This document shows positions 60,459-64,000 of a stretch of DNA of 64,000 nucleotides, one piece after another. A program made the translations under genes and the position numbers. The DNA lies in assembly GCA_048013815.1 (NCBI GenBank), contig CM106586.1:8432001-8496000 (forward strand), given 5' to 3'. Below the pieces are notes generated by a model. The model was not told where the DNA came from. It worked only from the letters and a program-made list of their open reading frames with translations, and made no database searches. The DNA comes from Setoptus koraiensis. Its lineage: Eukaryota > Animalia > Arthropoda. Position 1 is the stretch's first letter. The number at the start of each line of letters is the position of its first letter.

Positions 60459-62122
60459 ATTGCACGCCGCGAACTGGGAATTCGCTCGCGGATCGGCTTG
60501 CCAGATTGGGACAACAATTATGGCTCACAGCAAACCAGCCAGCAGAGCGGATAATGCCCGCCCCCGTTCGCCCGTAACGTAGCCAACGTAGCTAATGCGC
60601 AGTTTGCCGCGCGTCTTACTCAATTGCTCAGGTCGAGCCGGCGGGCCCGTGGGGCCCCCGTGTCAAGGCTAAAAGAACAATGAAGACGTCCGAGAAGCGG
60701 GCAAGTAATGCGCACACGAGTTATTAGCTCGTCAAGCGGGCGAGTCGGCGGGCGGCGGCCCCGTCGAAGAAACGCACCGTATGCACGTAGCTCGACGTCT
60801 TGTTACCTCTGAAATTCTGAGTCAGAATGAGAGCGAGACACAAAAAGAATCCGCTCGGATCTCTCGTGCAGTTCGGACCATTTAGCTCGGCTCAAATTTG
60901 CTTCGATGGTTTGCTCTGCGAACCGCAGATTGTTCGCGGGCCGGGCTTACGTAATAATAGCGGCGGCGGCGGCGGCGGCAGCGACTTAATAAGATCATAG
61001 CTCAACTTGTGTCTGTAACTCACAGACTGTAAGTGTATCACTGGCAATTTGGCGTTTGTTTGTATTCGAGCTCTGGCCTCACACACACACACCGCTGGAA
61101 TGCGAAGTAACTCGCTGACGAACTGAACAGATAATACGGCTGACACGCCGAAGCGCCCCAAACGCAGTTCGTGACTTTTACTCCGATTTCGGCTGCCCCT
61201 TTCGTCGGCGTGATCGCGGCGCGGCGCAGCGCGACGCACGTTCGCCCGTCGAAGCGGCTCGCCAGGGCCCCAACGGCACTCAATCTATCCATGGGGAATC
61301 CATGCTCCATTTATCTTATTGTTTTTATCATTACGCGCGGTGCCGTGTTGTTGCAAACATGGCCAATGCCACACGATTGATTTATATTTTAAGTATGAGT
61401 TAGCGAGCGGGTGAAATGAACGCGCCAAACAGCCCAATGCAGTCCGACGAGTTGACATCATTCGCTCACTTTGGCCGATCGTCACTAGAAAATAATTGCG
61501 CCTATAATTGGCGATATGGGCCGGCGATTTCGGGTGAAAAGGGGCGAAAAAGGGCGAAAACGGGCCAACGAGAGCGAAAAACTGGCGACAAGCGGCCAGC
61601 CAAAACGCGCGCTTGTTCGCTTGTAAAAACACGACTTTTTCGCTTGTTGCAAAGTTGTTGCAAAGGTCTCATAAAGGATTTCACTTGCAATCAAACTGTC
61701 CTGGACGTCGCTGTTGTCAAAAAAAAAATGCATCCATGTTCCGCCGGCTCTTGTTGCTCGATTAATAATTTCCCGATAATTGGCTTCAACTTTTTCCCAC
61801 TGTTCGGCGGTCTGGCCGGCGTCCTCTGAACGGGCGAACACGGGCCCCATATTATGGGGACACCGAAATTTTCCCATGGCCAGGCGTTGTTTTCGCGCTG
61901 GACGGCCGATGGTACTAACGCTATTTAACGCCGTATAAGCTTTCTCGTTCGCCAGCGCCAGCACAAGCCGGGCCCCGTGCGACTGGGCCAATCAGAGGCT
62001 ATGTTGCGGATGGATCAACAGTCGGGATGCGCATCGATTCTCTTCATCTTCGAAAGATAATTCGACCGACCACGAATATCGGGGCTTGCGAATATGGAGG
62101 CGAATCGCGCCATCCTCGGCTC

Positions 62123-62340
62123 CCGAAAAAGCCGAAAAATCCGAAAACATCCGAAAACATCCGAAGAAGCCGAAAACATCCAAAAAGGCCGAAAAGGTCG
62201 AAAAGGCCGAAAAAGCAGAAAAATCCGAAAAAGCCGAAAAGGTCGAAAAGGTCGAAAAGGTCGAAAAGGCCGAAAAAGCCGAAAAATCCGAAAAAGCCGA
62301 AAACATCCGAAAAAGCCGAAAAGGCCGAAAGGCCGGAAAA
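62123..62340. repeat. 9-bp satellite (CCGAAAAAG / TCGAAAAGG variants), about 24 copies
   Basis: Direct reading; stop-free in several frames on both strands. Confidence 0.92.
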
Positions 62341-63792
62341 AGATTTCGAAAGCGGAAGCGACTTTTCTGGCCCGTTTCTTTCTTGGTTCTAGGCCTAGAG
62401 CAGGTACTCATCGCTGAACTGCGTTGATTTAGGTGCAAAGTCGTGTGCGTCGTCTTGTCACCACTGGCCCGGCGCGTGTGAATTACACTGACTGAGAGTT
62501 TTCAAGTTGCGATTCGCCACGCAAAATCGCTCGCGCGTTCGGGGCCCGAACTTCGAGCTCGAACAGAGATAATTGCTTATTCTCGGTTCTCATTATTGCC
62601 AACTGGGGCACTAATGGAGATTGTTGCGCCCGAGTTCTCGTCACAACGGGGGCCATATGCTGACACGGTGAGTGCAAGCTCATCATTGGCCCCTGTTTGT
62701 CGGAAGATGCTGCAGCCATCGTCGCATAGACTGCTGCTCATCCATCCGGGCAAGCTGCTGCCGACTTGAGGATGCTCAACTCACTCATGTCGGCGAAAGT
62801 TCAATTCTTGATTATTTGGTTTGCATTTTGACAGCAGACAGTACGAGCGCGATAGAGTGCGACTCAACACAGGGCCCCAGTTGGAAAGGGCCGCCAGAGC
62901 ACACTAGACTCTAGTGACTAGAGCCTCCGATCTAGAGGTGAGTTTATTTTCGGCACCAGGCAGTGGAGCGAGCGAGCGAGCCTGCGAGTCAGAGGTGAAT
63001 GAATGAATGATGAAAATTCGGCTCGTTGCTGGTGGGCGCCAGTGCAAAAAACCACGGGCCCCAGTGATGGATCTGGCGGCTCGCTGGCAGATTTGCGCTG
63101 CTTGCTGTGCATCGAGTCGCTGTTTGTGACTCGCTGTGCCAAGAAATAGGTGCAAATTGCAGATTGTCCCCCGCTCTTTCATAAACTGCTTTCACGCGCG
63201 GCCACTTGGAACTTGCAAGTTGCTCTTTGGGACTATTTCGGGTGCAACGTTCATTCGGGTGCGAGTGCCCCATTGCAGCGGCTCGCCGGCCCGTATAAGC
63301 GGCTGGCACCAAGCTGGCAGATTGCTGGCGGCAATGAATGATTGATGGGGGCGCCAGCCAACGCAAATTAGCGTTGGCGAGGCTCTTTTTCATTTGAAAG
63401 AAAATTTTCACACCAAAAATACACCGTGTAATTCACGCTGGCCGCATGCCGGGCCGCATGCCGGGTCGCATCGCGACTCGCGAGGCCACCCCCGAGGAGA
63501 CTCTCCATTGGAGAGACCAAGGCTTGGTCACCAAGCGGCGCTGTCGATGTTTGCCGGCATTTGATTTCTTGCGTCACACTTACCAACAGGCGGATCTTTC
63601 GCACAAAATTACACACATGATTTTGTGCTGGCAGCAGGCGCGACCTTTGCCATATTTGCCAGAATAATTGAGTATGCAAATGAGCGCGTTACTGGGGCCA
63701 CCGGCGCGTTCATTACACGCGTATCACAGGCCGGCGCGGGGCCGTTTTCGGAGCCATCAGCATAAATTAATCAGCACAAATTGGTCGGCACG

Positions 63793-63848
63793 AATTGATG
63801 GGCACAAATTGATGGGCACAAATTGATGGGCACAAATTGATGGGCACA
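63793..63848. repeat. 14-bp perfect tandem repeat AATTGATGGGCACA x4
   Basis: Direct reading. Confidence 0.95.
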
Positions 63849-64000
63849 AAATGGTTGGCGGATCTCGGGGGCGAAATTCGCGAGCAAAGAAGTGGCCGCT
63901 GTATTGGCCACTATTACTTTACGTTATATTATTGTATCGTGGCGCCTCGCAATTTCGCGCGAGTAACCAATAGCCACGATACCACGATACAACAATATAA

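Noticed and set aside
1-64000. rRNA, snRNA, hammerhead ribozyme or intact transposable element
   Set aside because: No conserved sequence motifs for these were found on either strand by reading; a covariance-model search was not possible.

Overview
Eukaryotic (animal) genomic DNA with a compact, intron-poor gene block flanked by long non-coding stretches; the architecture resembles a miniaturised arthropod genome such as an eriophyoid mite, which is inference only. Supported genes: a single-ORF Dopey/DOP1 gene (12189-18467, +), mitochondrial ribosomal protein L3 (-), a very short WAC-like WW-domain gene (+), Sin3 corepressor (-, two coding exons), tRNA-Gly(TCC) (-), and a three-KH poly(C)-binding protein of the PCBP/mub type (-, two coding exons). 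There is also an orphan Q/N-rich ORF with a C-terminal hydrophobic segment (8488-10014). Downstream of Dopey is a tandem array of 168-231 nt units. Read on the appropriate strand, most units are a non-coding exon plus a GT-AG intron whose two ends base-pair and whose last 26 nt are invariant (mirtron-like or introner-like). The array and the 3' 1.85 kb of Dopey recur in inverted orientation, followed by four more head-to-tail partial Dopey copies; two of these read like unpolished long-read sequence. The proposed last PCBP intron has a 957-nt stretch with no AG dinucleotide. Positions 42.4-64 kb are GC-rich and repeat-rich, with no recognisable gene but with clustered motifs, a palindrome and a pre-miRNA-like hairpin. 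No prokaryotic features or true CRISPR array.
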